This document shows, in pieces, positions 43,414 to 55,475 of a stretch of DNA of 64,000 nt (position 1 is its first letter; the number at the start of each line of letters is the position of its first letter). Below the pieces are notes generated by a model. It was given only the letters and a program-made list of their open reading frames with translations, had not been told where the DNA came from and ran no database searches. Source of the DNA: Candidatus Poriferihabitaceae bacterium (lineage in GTDB: Bacteria > Pseudomonadota > Gammaproteobacteria > Arenicellales > Poriferihabitantaceae); contig CBDFKV010000007.1 of NCBI GenBank assembly GCA_965249035.1, positions 640,313-704,312 of the forward strand. Direction: 5' to 3'. The position numbers and the translations under genes were made by a program.

Positions 43414-45078
43414 TTAGGATCGCAGCGCCCGTCGTAAGACTTTACCCACATTGGTTTTGGGTAACTCATCGACGAAGGTCACTTGCTGCGGCACTTTGTA
43501 TCCCGTCAAATGTTCGCGACACCAAGTACGCACGGTTTCTTCGCTAAGATCGTCGCCAGATTTGACTACAAACAATTTAACTGTTTCACCTGACACTTCA
43601 TCGGGCACCCCGATTGCTGCACACTCGATAATATCGGGGTGTTGCGAGGCAACGTCCTCAATTTCATTCGGATATACATTAAAACCCGACACGATAATCA
43701 AGTCTTTAGCGCGATCAACGATGCGAAAATAGCCATCCGGGCCCATCGTCGCAATATCGCCAGTCAAGAAATAACCGTCCTCCGTGAAGCTGTCACGGGT
43801 ATCTTGTTCGCGCAGCCAATACCCCACCATCACTTGCGGCCCCCATACGCAGAGTTCGCCCGGTTCCCCGGGTTCAACCTCATGGCCACCCGCATCAATG
43901 ATCCGAACTTCGGTATGCGGAACGGGTAAACCGATCGTGCCCAGCCGATTATCCAGCGGCGGATTAATCGTTACCAAGGGCGACGTCTCGGTTAGGCCAT
44001 AGCCCTCTAACGGTTTGCAGCCCGTGGCCTGCTCCCAGTGCTCTGCTGCTGCTTGGGTTAGTGCCATGCCACCTGAAATGGTTGCCTTCAACTGACTAAA
44101 ATCAACTTCCTTAAACCCAGGGTCGCGGCATAATGCAACAAATAAAGTGTTCAAGCCTAGAAAGGTACTGGCTTGCCACTTTTTCATCTCTTTGACAAAA
44201 CCAGGAATATCTCTTGGGTTAGGGATCAAAATACTGTGCCCGCCACGACACATCACACCCTGGGCCATGGTAAAGGCGTAGATATGATACAGCGGCAACG
44301 GCGAAATCACTGTCGTCACCCAACTATCACCTGCGGCTTGCAAGCAGGAAACGCCCTGAAACGTATTAGACAATAGGTTTGCATGGCTTAATTCCGCGCC
44401 CTTCGAAACGCCCGTGGTACCGCCGGTGTACTGCAAAACTGCAGTCTCAGCCGAACTCACCGCTAACGGCTCAGGCCTGCGACCGGCATAGCGCTTTAAG
44501 AGGTCACGAAATGACTCTGCCTCAGGCAAGCTAAACGGTGGCTGCATTTTTTTGACATATTTAACCACGAAATTGATCAGGTTTCGTTTGATCGGGCTAT
44601 GCATATCGCCCAGTTCGGTAAGCAGCACAGTTTCAATCTCGGTATCCGCCAATACCTTTTCGGCATTGTGCGCCATACATTGATAAATCAATAAAGCTTT
44701 GGCGCCAGAATCCTTAAATTGGTGCGCCATCTCTGTTGGCGAGTACAGTGGGTTGGTATTGACAACCACCAAGCCCGCACGCAGCGCACCAAATGCCGCA
44801 ATCGGATATTGCACCAAATTCGGCAGCTGAATCGCGATCCGATCACCCGGCATCAGGTTTGTTTCGGTTTGCAAATAGGCCGCAAATGCGGCTGAATACG
44901 AATCTAGCTCTGCGTAGCTAATGGTACGACCCAAGCTTGTAAATGCGGGCTTGGAGCCATATTGCTGACAACAATGCGTCAGCATATCGTTAAGATTTTC
45001 AAATCCATCGGGGTTTAAATCCTCAGGGACCCAGCCTTTTGCTGCTTTGCCGCTTATCACTTCCCTATTATTAGCCAT
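43414..45078 (-). CDS. fadD: Long-chain fatty acid-CoA ligase
   Basis: 554 aa. AMP-binding motif YTGGTTGVSKGA, and TGD...GY..I.DR.KD. Confidence 0.92.
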   Translation of the reverse strand: MANNREVISGKAAKGWVPEDLNPDGFENLNDMLTHCCQQYGSKPAFTSLGRTISYAELDSYSAAFAAYLQTETNLMPGDRIAIQLPNLVQYPIAAFGALRAGLVVVNTNPLYSPTEMAHQFKDSGAKALLIYQCMAHNAEKVLADTEIETVLLTELGDMHSPIKRNLINFVVKYVKKMQPPFSLPEAESFRDLLKRYAGRRPEPLAVSSAETAVLQYTGGTTGVSKGAELSHANLLSNTFQGVSCLQAAGDSWVTTVISPLPLYHIYAFTMAQGVMCRGGHSILIPNPRDIPGFVKEMKKWQASTFLGLNTLFVALCRDPGFKEVDFSQLKATISGGMALTQAAAEHWEQATGCKPLEGYGLTETSPLVTINPPLDNRLGTIGLPVPHTEVRIIDAGGHEVEPGEPGELCVWGPQVMVGYWLREQDTRDSFTEDGYFLTGDIATMGPDGYFRIVDRAKDLIIVSGFNVYPNEIEDVASQHPDIIECAAIGVPDEVSGETVKLFVVKSGDDLSEETVRTWCREHLTGYKVPQQVTFVDELPKTNVGKVLRRALRS

Positions 45079-45092
45079 CCAACCATCCTCCT

Positions 45093-45410
45093 CTAAGCCA
45101 GCGGAAAAATATCACTCAAGCGTGTAGCCAGCATAATATCACCACTTGCCTGGATACTGCCGGACATAAACGCCTGCATGCCATCGGTTTCACCGGACAG
45201 CACCGACGCTAACGTCGCCGTATCCATTCCTAAGGTAACCGTCGCTTCATCGGGTTCACCTTCGTTAATCTCGCATATGCCGTCTTTAACTGCGATTTGC
45301 CAACTACCTTCCTGATCGATGTCATATTGAAAAATTGCATCAACATCAGCCGCGGCATCCGAATCAAATCGCTTTTGCATTTCTGCCAATAACTTGTTTA
45401 CTTCACTCAC
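45093..45410 (-). CDS. SCP2 sterol/lipid-carrier domain protein
   Basis: 105 aa, SCP2 fold pattern (...GMQAFMSGSIQASGDIMLATRL). 14 nt upstream of fadD. Confidence 0.75.
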   Translation of the reverse strand: MSEVNKLLAEMQKRFDSDAAADVDAIFQYDIDQEGSWQIAVKDGICEINEGEPDEATVTLGMDTATLASVLSGETDGMQAFMSGSIQASGDIMLATRLSDIFPLA

Positions 45411-45496
45411 CTTGCATTCCTCCTACGGGTTCAAATTGCTTGTTGCGTTTTTCCTTAGACTAACAGCACAGGTTTGGGTTCAAAATTTGCCCCATC

Positions 45497-47296
45497 TCAA
45501 TAGATAAAACGATCTTCATCTAGCGCCATTAAATTATCGGATCCAGATAACATCGTTTCTACCAATGAGCGCGTACGCGGTAAAATTCGCTCAAAATAAA
45601 ACCGTGCTGTAGCAACCTTGGCCGCATAAAACTCTTTTTGTTCTGGCCCATTATCCCTATTGCTTTGTGCGGTCTGCGCCATTCTGGCCCACAAATATGC
45701 CAGCGTGACATAGCCGGAATACATCAGATAGTCGACCGATGCCGCACCCACCTCATCGCGGTTCTTGATCGCCTTCATGCCGATCTTCATCGTGATATCA
45801 CCCCACTCCTTGTTGAGTGTTTGCAATGGCTCGATAAATTCCTTCATTGATTTATCACCAGCGTGTTGCTTGCAATACAAATGAATGATTTTGGTGAATT
45901 GCTTCAGCGATTCACCCTGGGTCATTAAGACTTTACGCCCCAGCAAGTCGAGTGCCTGAATTTGGGTGGTGCCTTCGTACAGCATCGAAATACGGCTATC
46001 GCGCACGTTTTGTTCCATTCCCCACTCAGCGATATAACCGTGGCCACCATAGACTTGCAATCCATGATTGGCTGATTCAAAGCCCAGTTCGGTCAAAAAG
46101 GCCTTTGCGATGGGCGTGATAAATGCGAGCAAACTATCTGCCGACTTTTTGGTATCGTTATCTTTTGCGTATTTAACAATATCCACTTGCATTGCGGTGA
46201 AGTATGCCAATGCCCTGCCGCCTTCGGCGATTGCCTTTTGGGTCAGCAACATTTTGCGGACTTCTGGATGGACGATAATCGGGTCGGCTGGCTTTTCTGG
46301 TTGCTTAGGGCCGGTTAAAGAACGCATCTGCAAACGCTCGCGCGCATAGGTTAGTGAATTCTGAAAGCCCCATTCTGCATGCGCCAAGCCCTGCACTGCT
46401 GTTCCCAGACGTGCCGCATTCATAAAAGTGAACATGCAGTTCAGCCCCTTGTTCGGTGGACCAATCAAAAAGCCTGTGGCACCATCAAAATTGAGCACAG
46501 CGGTGGCATTACCGTGGATTCCCATCTTGTGTTCAATCGAGCCGCAGTTCATTTGGTTGCGTTCACCAACGCCACCCTTTTCATCCGGCATGAATTTGGG
46601 AACGATGAACAATGAAATGCCTTTGGTGCCCTCGGGTGCGTCGGGCAAACGAGCCAAGACGATATGGATAATATTTTCAGCCATGTCGTGCTCACCAGCC
46701 GAAATAAATATCTTACTACCTTTGATGGCATAACTGCCATCATCCAGCGGTTCGGCTTTGGTACGCAGCATGCCCAGGTCTGTCCCGCAGTGGGACTCGG
46801 TTAAGCACATGGTGCCAGTCCACTCACCACTGACTAATTTGGTCAGGTAGGTCTGCTTCTGGTCTTCAGTACCGTGCGCCTCCAGCGTATTCATGGCGCC
46901 GTGGCTTAATCCCGGATACATCCCCCAGGACCAGTTAGCGCTGCCAATCATTTCGCTAATAACCACCCCCAGCGATTCTGGTAAGCCCTGCCCGCCCCAT
47001 TCAGGATCATGTGCCAGTGACGGCCAACCACCCTCAACGTATTGCTGATAGGCTTCCTTAAACCCCGCAGGCGTCGTGACATTGCCCTCATCAAACTGGC
47101 AACCTTCCTGGTCGCCACTGTGGTTCAATGGGCCAATCACCTGTTCAGCAAACTTACCTGCACCTTCCAGGACCGCATCGACCAAGTCAGTTGTTGCTTC
47201 CTCGCAACCTGGCAAGTTCTGGTAATGCGTATCAATGTCCAGCACTTCGTTTAAAACAAAGCGCATATCGCGATGTGGTACTTTGTATTCGCCCAT
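45497..47296 (-). CDS. Long (about 599 aa) acyl-CoA dehydrogenase, FadE-like
   Basis: N-terminal ACAD-N extension (YKVPHRDMRFVLNEV), core ACAD motifs (CLTESHCGTDLG; YEGTTQIQALDL) and a C-terminal helical extension. Start at Met13 of the track ORF. Confidence 0.9.
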   Translation of the reverse strand: MGEYKVPHRDMRFVLNEVLDIDTHYQNLPGCEEATTDLVDAVLEGAGKFAEQVIGPLNHSGDQEGCQFDEGNVTTPAGFKEAYQQYVEGGWPSLAHDPEWGGQGLPESLGVVISEMIGSANWSWGMYPGLSHGAMNTLEAHGTEDQKQTYLTKLVSGEWTGTMCLTESHCGTDLGMLRTKAEPLDDGSYAIKGSKIFISAGEHDMAENIIHIVLARLPDAPEGTKGISLFIVPKFMPDEKGGVGERNQMNCGSIEHKMGIHGNATAVLNFDGATGFLIGPPNKGLNCMFTFMNAARLGTAVQGLAHAEWGFQNSLTYARERLQMRSLTGPKQPEKPADPIIVHPEVRKMLLTQKAIAEGGRALAYFTAMQVDIVKYAKDNDTKKSADSLLAFITPIAKAFLTELGFESANHGLQVYGGHGYIAEWGMEQNVRDSRISMLYEGTTQIQALDLLGRKVLMTQGESLKQFTKIIHLYCKQHAGDKSMKEFIEPLQTLNKEWGDITMKIGMKAIKNRDEVGAASVDYLMYSGYVTLAYLWARMAQTAQSNRDNGPEQKEFYAAKVATARFYFERILPRTRSLVETMLSGSDNLMALDEDRFIY

Positions 47297-47651
47297 AAAG
47301 GTTAAGCCTCTGTCTAAATTAACGGCGCCCACGACTTGGGTAACACCTTTTACACTTATTACACCTATTGACTAGAATGAAACAAAATCAAGCGTTTTCC
47401 AATGACAAATTCATTCATATTCGATACCGAAATACGTCTACTCCTATACCCGAACGCATTGATGTATTTGTTTTATGCGAAAAAACACCGCACAATCATA
47501 AAAACTGATTTTAGGTGACTTTAACCGTCATGCTAGCCCGTCATCGAACCTAATTGTTAGCAAAATTGACGTCATTTGTTATTGGCCTTTATGCTCAAAT
47601 CTCCCACGCTAGTGCTATGAACAGTTGGATTTCTTTTATTGTGACTACAAT

Positions 47652-48176
47652 ATGAACCTGATTTTTCGCCTGCTTGGCCTGCTACTGCCCTTCCGGCGGC
47701 GCCTTCAAATAGGGCTTTTGGACACCTCAGAACTATGCCTAAGGGTTTGGCCAAGCGATCTCGACATCAACCGTCATTTAACCAACTCACGCTATTTAAG
47801 CATGATGGACTTGGGTCGGGTTGAATTAATCCTGCAGACGGGCCTGTTCAAAAAACTGCTAAAACACCACTGGTTGCCGGTAATCGCCAATGTCAGCATT
47901 CAATTCAAGCGCCAGATTAATCCCTTTCAACGGTTCGTCTTGAAAACTCGTGTGGTTGGCTGGGATGAAAAATGGTTATACATTGAGCAACGCTTTGAAA
48001 CCGAACAAGGAATCGCTGCAGTCGGCATCATCAAGGGCTTGTTCCGTAACCGTAAGCACAGCATCCCCACCGGAGAATTACTGGCATTAGCTGGATACGA
48101 TGGCCCACCACCCGAGATTACCGACGAAGTCCGACATATCATGACAATGACGTCAACACTCCATCCAACTCGTTAA
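47652..48176 (+). CDS. Hotdog-fold acyl-CoA thioesterase family protein
   Basis: VWPSDLDINRHLTNSRYLSMMDLGR motif. Start at the ATG at 47652 (Met10 of the track ORF). Confidence 0.75.
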   Translation: MNLIFRLLGLLLPFRRRLQIGLLDTSELCLRVWPSDLDINRHLTNSRYLSMMDLGRVELILQTGLFKKLLKHHWLPVIANVSIQFKRQINPFQRFVLKTRVVGWDEKWLYIEQRFETEQGIAAVGIIKGLFRNRKHSIPTGELLALAGYDGPPPEITDEVRHIMTMTSTLHPTR

Positions 48177-48354
48177 CACCAAGGCCATTATTGGGATGAT
48201 CTACGTTCCAGTTGCCGCTGGCACTAGCTATCTACCAAATAGCATGGCATTAGCGCATAATAATTGCCACGATGACCCCACTCCTATCCCATTTTCTGGC
48301 ACCCCGCTCAAATCTGCATGTCATGCGCGGCCACGGTTTAAGCTCCTACAGGCA

Positions 48355-49434
48355 ATGAAGCGAACCGTCACAGTCCCCACAGGCTACGTTAAACAGTTAC
48401 TCGACCAAGTGGCTGAACAAGGCTACGCGGTCAATGAACTACTCGAGCATGTTGGGATTAGTCCCGAAGAAATCGAACAACAAACCGAGTTTTCGGCCGA
48501 GAAATTTGGCATGCTATACCAACACGTCATGTATATTGCTCAGGATGAATACTTTGGCATGATTAGTGGTGGCAAAGTTCCGAACGGCGCATTTCGAATG
48601 ATGTGCCACGCCATCATTCAATGCAAAACCCTGGGCCATGCGATCAGTCGTGCGAGCAATTTTCATGAGATCGTCCGTGGCACAAAGATCAAGCCCAGCC
48701 TGATACTCAAAAACCGGGGCCGGTTCGCCAAGCTCACCTTTTCGGCAGTAGACAGTATGGAAAAGGCTGAACTAGAAGCATTCTTAGCATCAGAATCCCC
48801 AGCTGAAATTACCAACTCACTATCAATGTGGCACCACTTTATCAGTTGGTTGATCGGTGAACGCGTCGTGCTGAAAGCAGCGAACTTCAGCTTTGCGGAG
48901 ACCAGTGCAAGCACTAATACCCGGCGGCGATTTCAGTCAACAGTGAAGTATGACCAAGACAGTAATGGCATATTATTTTCTACGCGCTATCTGGATTATC
49001 CCATCGTTCAGACGGAAGAAACACTACAAGGTTTTCTAAAAACCGCTCCGTATCAATTGCTGGTGATGGTGGATGATGACAACAGCCTCAGCGCTCAGAT
49101 CGTCGCCCTTATCGGTCGAGATTTCAGCAGGCCACCGCCCAGCGCTGAAAAAGTAGCAGAGACACTTAACCTCTCGCTCTCTACCCTGAGACGCCGTTTA
49201 TTGGCAGAAAACACCACCTTTCAGACCATCAAAGACGAGTGCCGCAAAAACTCGGCGATTGAATATATGAATGCTCCGCAGTTGTCGATCAATGACGTAG
49301 CAGGCTTAATGGGGTTTGACGAACCCTCTGCATTTTTTCGATCATTCAAACGCTGGACCAGCATGACCCCCGGCGAATACCGCCAAATCCTCGCCTACGA
49401 TAAGCCACTTCACAATCCGGCCAAATTTCGATAA
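48355..49434 (+). CDS. AraC family transcriptional regulator with N-terminal ligand-binding domain
   Basis: C-terminal double HTH (...SAFFRSFKRWTSMTPGEYR). Start proposed at Met54 of the track ORF and is uncertain. Confidence 0.85.
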   Translation: MKRTVTVPTGYVKQLLDQVAEQGYAVNELLEHVGISPEEIEQQTEFSAEKFGMLYQHVMYIAQDEYFGMISGGKVPNGAFRMMCHAIIQCKTLGHAISRASNFHEIVRGTKIKPSLILKNRGRFAKLTFSAVDSMEKAELEAFLASESPAEITNSLSMWHHFISWLIGERVVLKAANFSFAETSASTNTRRRFQSTVKYDQDSNGILFSTRYLDYPIVQTEETLQGFLKTAPYQLLVMVDDDNSLSAQIVALIGRDFSRPPPSAEKVAETLNLSLSTLRRRLLAENTTFQTIKDECRKNSAIEYMNAPQLSINDVAGLMGFDEPSAFFRSFKRWTSMTPGEYRQILAYDKPLHNPAKFR

Positions 49435-49450
49435 GAACTGATACAAGACC

Positions 49451-50296
49451 ATGAATTACTCCACCTTGAATATCACCGAAAACGCTCATATTACCCATAT
49501 CGAGTTGTCTCGCCCACAAGCTTATAACGCCATGAACCGCGCATTCTGGCGCGAGTTTCCGGCGGCTCTGCGCCAAGTTCGTGATAGTTCCGATACCCGA
49601 GCCCTGGTCATATCGTCGACTGGGAAGCACTTTTCTGCAGGCATGGACTTAGAAGTATTCTCCCAACCTGACCCACGCCTTTTTAGCGGTGAAGCCGCCA
49701 GACGCGGGGAATTTGTACGTCGGCTGGTGCTGGATTTACAGGATATTTTCAATCAAATTGAAGACCTGAGAATCCCTGTACTAGCGGCGATTCAGGGTGG
49801 CTGTATTGGTGGTGCGCTGGATTTAATCTGCGCCTGCGACTGTCGCTACTGTACCGACGATGCCTTTTTCACCGTCAAAGAAACTGAGCTGGGCATGACC
49901 GCTGATTTAGGTACTTTACAAAGACTACCCGGCTTAGTCGGCCCTGGATTGGCCCGTGAACTCGCTTATACGGCGCGCAAATTGAGCGCTGCAGAAGCGC
50001 ACTCTAGCGGGCTTGTAAACGCGACATTTACGGATACCACCTCAATGCTAGAAGGCGTAATGACCATCGCGCGGCAAATTGCCAGCCACTCACCTATTGC
50101 GGTTTCTGGCAGCAAAGCCATGATCAATTATGCCCGCGACCATAGCGTGGCTGATAGTCTCAAGCACATGGCAACTTGGCAAGCAGGCATGTTTCAACCA
50201 GCCGACATGATGGAAGTGTTCGCTGCAAAAACCCAAAAGCGCGAACCTGAATTCAAGCCATTGAACCCGGTCGAGCCTCCTTTTTCCGAAGACTGA
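49451..50296 (+). CDS. Crotonase-family enzyme, delta3,5-delta2,4-dienoyl-CoA isomerase-like
   Basis: 281 aa. FSAGMDL, GGCIGGALDL, ELGMTADLGTLQRLP motifs. Confidence 0.82.
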   Translation: MNYSTLNITENAHITHIELSRPQAYNAMNRAFWREFPAALRQVRDSSDTRALVISSTGKHFSAGMDLEVFSQPDPRLFSGEAARRGEFVRRLVLDLQDIFNQIEDLRIPVLAAIQGGCIGGALDLICACDCRYCTDDAFFTVKETELGMTADLGTLQRLPGLVGPGLARELAYTARKLSAAEAHSSGLVNATFTDTTSMLEGVMTIARQIASHSPIAVSGSKAMINYARDHSVADSLKHMATWQAGMFQPADMMEVFAAKTQKREPEFKPLNPVEPPFSED

Positions 50297-50331
50297 CTGC
50301 ATCGATCTAACCGGCGATACCTAATACCTAA

Positions 50332-52410
<2,079 letters not shown>

Positions 52411-52485
52411 GCAGTAACCCTATATACCCCAGCAATTTTTGCCGCTAGCGGGCTTTAGAAAGGTAGAAATAAGGGGCTGGCTATC

Positions 52486-52656
52486 GTTCCTAAGAGAGCG
52501 ATTATTTCGCAAGGTGATCTGTTCAAGGTTCACATGACAGACCTAATCAACCTGAAGCACCCCCTTTTGCCGTCTGTCGGGTTGGTTGACCAGGAACGGC
52601 TCGATGTTGATACCAAACGCAGCAGCCTCGGAGTCAGACTAGCTCAATTTGTGTGA
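52486..52656 (+). pseudogene. IS5-family transposase relic, N-terminal (DUF772) fragment
   Basis: Translates as VPKRAIISQGDLFKVHMTDLINLKHPLLPSVGLVDQERLDVDTKRSSLGVRLAQFV*. The PK....QGDLF......IN.KHPL pattern is the N-terminus of about 470-aa IS5-family transposases. No start codon, and truncated after about 70 residues. Confidence 0.7.
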
Positions 52657-52663
52657 TTGAGCT
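52641..52663. repeat. Inverted repeat / hairpin at the left junction of the 7.9-kb module
   Basis: AGCTCAAT-ttgtgtg-ATTGAGCT, perfect 8-bp arms, 30 nt downstream of the C-N hydrolase stop. No T-tract. Confidence 0.5.
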
Positions 52664-52692
52664 TAGGCTGAAACAGTTCTAATCAGGCGGGA

Positions 52693-53541
52693 CTAATTAC
52701 GCTCCGGTTTTTTCAAGTCCCCCAAGCTGTCTAGCGTATTTGAACTCGCCCCCAATTTATACTGCGGGTAAGCAATTTCGCCATCGCGAAAACTTTTTAA
52801 AGGCTGGCCCAGTCCCAGAATACCTGTTTCACGTGTATAGCCGACCCTGTCCAGATCAAGAATTACAGGGATAGGCTCAGCTGTGTCGCCGGACTGGTGA
52901 ATAATATCTCCTTCCGGACCAACAATAATGGACTTCCCATTACCGAGATCTCCGCAGGAATTGATATCAACGAAATAGCATTGATTGGTTACAGCGCTGG
53001 CGCGTGCAATAGAAAGCTCAAGATCTCTATCGATAGTATTGGTTAAAGTTGGATGCAGAATCACTTCTGCCCCCAGATAGGCCAATGCCCTAACGGTTTC
53101 CGGAAACCACATGTCGTAACAAATTGACACCCCGAAACAGCCCACCCCGGGTATATCAAATACCGTATGTTGGTCACCACTATCTATGCCGCTTTCGTAA
53201 GGCTCAAATGGATACAGCTTTCTATGCCGAGCCACAAGGTCTCCCTCCGGATTTATAACGGGTGCTGTGTTGTAAATTTTCTCCCCATCCATTTCATACA
53301 TGGAACCGGGAATCAGCCAAATATTATGCTTTTTGGCTAAACTGCAAAAATGATTGACAGCAGGGCCTGGGATCGGTTGAGCGGAACGCAGCGATGTTCC
53401 AAAGATGCTGAGCTCACCGAACATGATTAATTGAACCCAGGGAAATCGGTGCACGACATTGAGGATTTGTTTTGTCATGACGTCAAGATTGTCGCCGTTA
53501 ATCGCTTTCATCTGGACACCTGCGACTGCAAATTTATTCAT
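52693..53541 (-). CDS. Carbon-nitrogen hydrolase (nitrilase superfamily amidase)
   Basis: 282 aa. Glu-Lys-Cys triad motifs FGE (E43), RHRKLYPF (K108), SICYDMWFPE (C141). Confidence 0.88.
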   Translation of the reverse strand: MNKFAVAGVQMKAINGDNLDVMTKQILNVVHRFPWVQLIMFGELSIFGTSLRSAQPIPGPAVNHFCSLAKKHNIWLIPGSMYEMDGEKIYNTAPVINPEGDLVARHRKLYPFEPYESGIDSGDQHTVFDIPGVGCFGVSICYDMWFPETVRALAYLGAEVILHPTLTNTIDRDLELSIARASAVTNQCYFVDINSCGDLGNGKSIIVGPEGDIIHQSGDTAEPIPVILDLDRVGYTRETGILGLGQPLKSFRDGEIAYPQYKLGASSNTLDSLGDLKKPERN

Positions 53542-53544
53542 ATC

Positions 53545-54498
53545 TTAATTACTGGTAATTGGGTTAAAACAGGCGACAGCACCCGTAGAATCTTCCGATA
53601 TCAACCGGGGCTGATGCGAGATGCATTTATCGCTTGATAAATCGCAACGAGAACAAAAAGCGCACCCATTCGGCAAATTGAGCGGATTGGGTAACTCACC
53701 TTTCAGCACGCGTAATTGATTGCGCATAGTCGGATCAATAGAAGGAACAGAATCTAGTAGTCCACGCGTGTAGGGATGCTTTGGATTTTCAAATATCGCT
53801 GTAACAGAACCTTGCTCGACGATCTTTCCTAGATACATGACCATCACGTCATCAGCGATGTACTCGACCGTTGCCAGATTGTGGGATATAAACAAATAAG
53901 CCAACCCTAAGCGGCTTTTCAACTCCTTCAATAAATTAAGCACCTGCGCCTGTACCGAAACATCCAATGCTGCAGTCGGCTCATCCAGTATCAGCACCTG
54001 AGGTTCAAGTGCCAAAGCTCTGGCAATGGCAATTCGTTGCCGTTGCCCTCCTGAAAATTGATGAGGAAAACGATTCAAGTGCTCCGACCCTAGCCCGACA
54101 TCTTCTAAATGCTGGACTACCCTATTAGTGAGTTCCCTGCCCTTAATCCCGTAACAGACAACCAACGGCTCTGCGACGATATTTTTCAGCCTCATCTTTG
54201 GATTTAAAGAAGAATAAGGGTTTTGAAAAACAATGCTGACGTTCCGTCGATACCGCTGTAATTCGCCTAAGCTCATCTCTCTGACGCTCTGCCCGGCAAA
54301 ATTAATGTCCCCCGACTCAGACTCAATCAGGCGTAAAACAGCAGAAGCAACTGTACTTTTCCCGCAACCGGACTCGCCGACCAATGCCAGTGTTTGCCCA
54401 CGCTTAAGCTCGAAACTCACATCGTTTACGGCATTAATCACCCCGTCAGTGGTATGGAATTGTTTGTGCAAATTCACCACTGATAACGTTCCATTCAT
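53545..54498 (-). CDS. Oligopeptide/dipeptide-type ABC transporter ATP-binding protein (DppF/OppF-like)
   Basis: Walker A GESGCGKST, FSGGQRQR, ILDEPT, and a C-terminal oligo_HPY region. Start at Met13 of the track ORF, giving an ATGA overlap with the upstream stop. Confidence 0.9.
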   Translation of the reverse strand: MNGTLSVVNLHKQFHTTDGVINAVNDVSFELKRGQTLALVGESGCGKSTVASAVLRLIESESGDINFAGQSVREMSLGELQRYRRNVSIVFQNPYSSLNPKMRLKNIVAEPLVVCYGIKGRELTNRVVQHLEDVGLGSEHLNRFPHQFSGGQRQRIAIARALALEPQVLILDEPTAALDVSVQAQVLNLLKELKSRLGLAYLFISHNLATVEYIADDVMVMYLGKIVEQGSVTAIFENPKHPYTRGLLDSVPSIDPTMRNQLRVLKGELPNPLNLPNGCAFCSRCDLSSDKCISHQPRLISEDSTGAVACFNPITSN

Positions 54499-55475
54499 TG
54501 GACCGCGTCCCCCTGTATCCCGCTCATATGGCAAGCCACGCTGTGTGTGGTAGTTACATTGTTCGTAAGAGGTGAACGTGTTTGGCAGAGTTCAATGTCC
54601 TCGCTACACCGCGCCTGAAAGGCACAGCCCGTGGGTAAGGCCGCCATATCCGGCATTTGTCCGGCAATATAGTCAAGTTTCCTGTCTTTGCATCCTATAG
54701 TCGGAACAGTTTGCAATAATTTTCGGGTATAGGGATGAGCAGGATGACTAAATACATCGTCTACCTCGCCCGATTCAACAATCTCACCCGCATACATTAC
54801 TGAGACGCGATCACATAATGATGCCACCACCCCTAAATCATGCGTAATAAATAGTACCGCCAAATTATTTTTGGCTGTCAGTTCTCTAATGAGCAACAAA
54901 ATCTGCGCCTGGATGGTGACATCTAACGCTGTAGTTGGCTCATCCGCGATCAGCAAATCAGGTTTACAGGCAATCGCCATGGCAATCATAATGCGCTGTA
55001 ACTGGCCACCGGATAGTTGGTGAGGGTATTTCTTTAAGGTTTCAGATGGGTTTGGAATATGAACTGACTTCAGGGCACTAAGTCCTTCATCGGCGGCTGC
55101 TCGATGAGACATCGGTAAGCTGAAGCGAATCGCATCACAGAGTTGATCACCAATACAAATAAAAGGGTTGAGCGCGGTCATCGGATTTTGAAAAATCATC
55201 GCGGCTGTACCTCCGCGCAATTTACAAAGCTGACTGTCAGGCATATCCAACACTTCCTGGCCATTAATGCGGATATGGCCACTGGATTTGCCTGGCTTTG
55301 GAACCAGCCCCAGACAGGACAAAGCGGTCATCGACTTGCCACTGCCTGACTCCCCCACCAAGCCCACTATTTCCCCACTGTTTACCTCCAAAGAACACCC
55401 TCGTACAACCTCAATTTGATTGCTCAGTTTGGGGAAGGTGACACGCAACTCCTGAATATTTAAAACTGAATCCAT
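54495..55475 (-). CDS. Oligopeptide/dipeptide-type ABC transporter ATP-binding protein (DppD/OppD-like)
   Basis: 326 aa. GESGSGKSM, LSGGQLQR, LIADEPTTALD. Confidence 0.9.
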   Translation of the reverse strand: MDSVLNIQELRVTFPKLSNQIEVVRGCSLEVNSGEIVGLVGESGSGKSMTALSCLGLVPKPGKSSGHIRINGQEVLDMPDSQLCKLRGGTAAMIFQNPMTALNPFICIGDQLCDAIRFSLPMSHRAAADEGLSALKSVHIPNPSETLKKYPHQLSGGQLQRIMIAMAIACKPDLLIADEPTTALDVTIQAQILLLIRELTAKNNLAVLFITHDLGVVASLCDRVSVMYAGEIVESGEVDDVFSHPAHPYTRKLLQTVPTIGCKDRKLDYIAGQMPDMAALPTGCAFQARCSEDIELCQTRSPLTNNVTTTHSVACHMSGIQGDAVQ

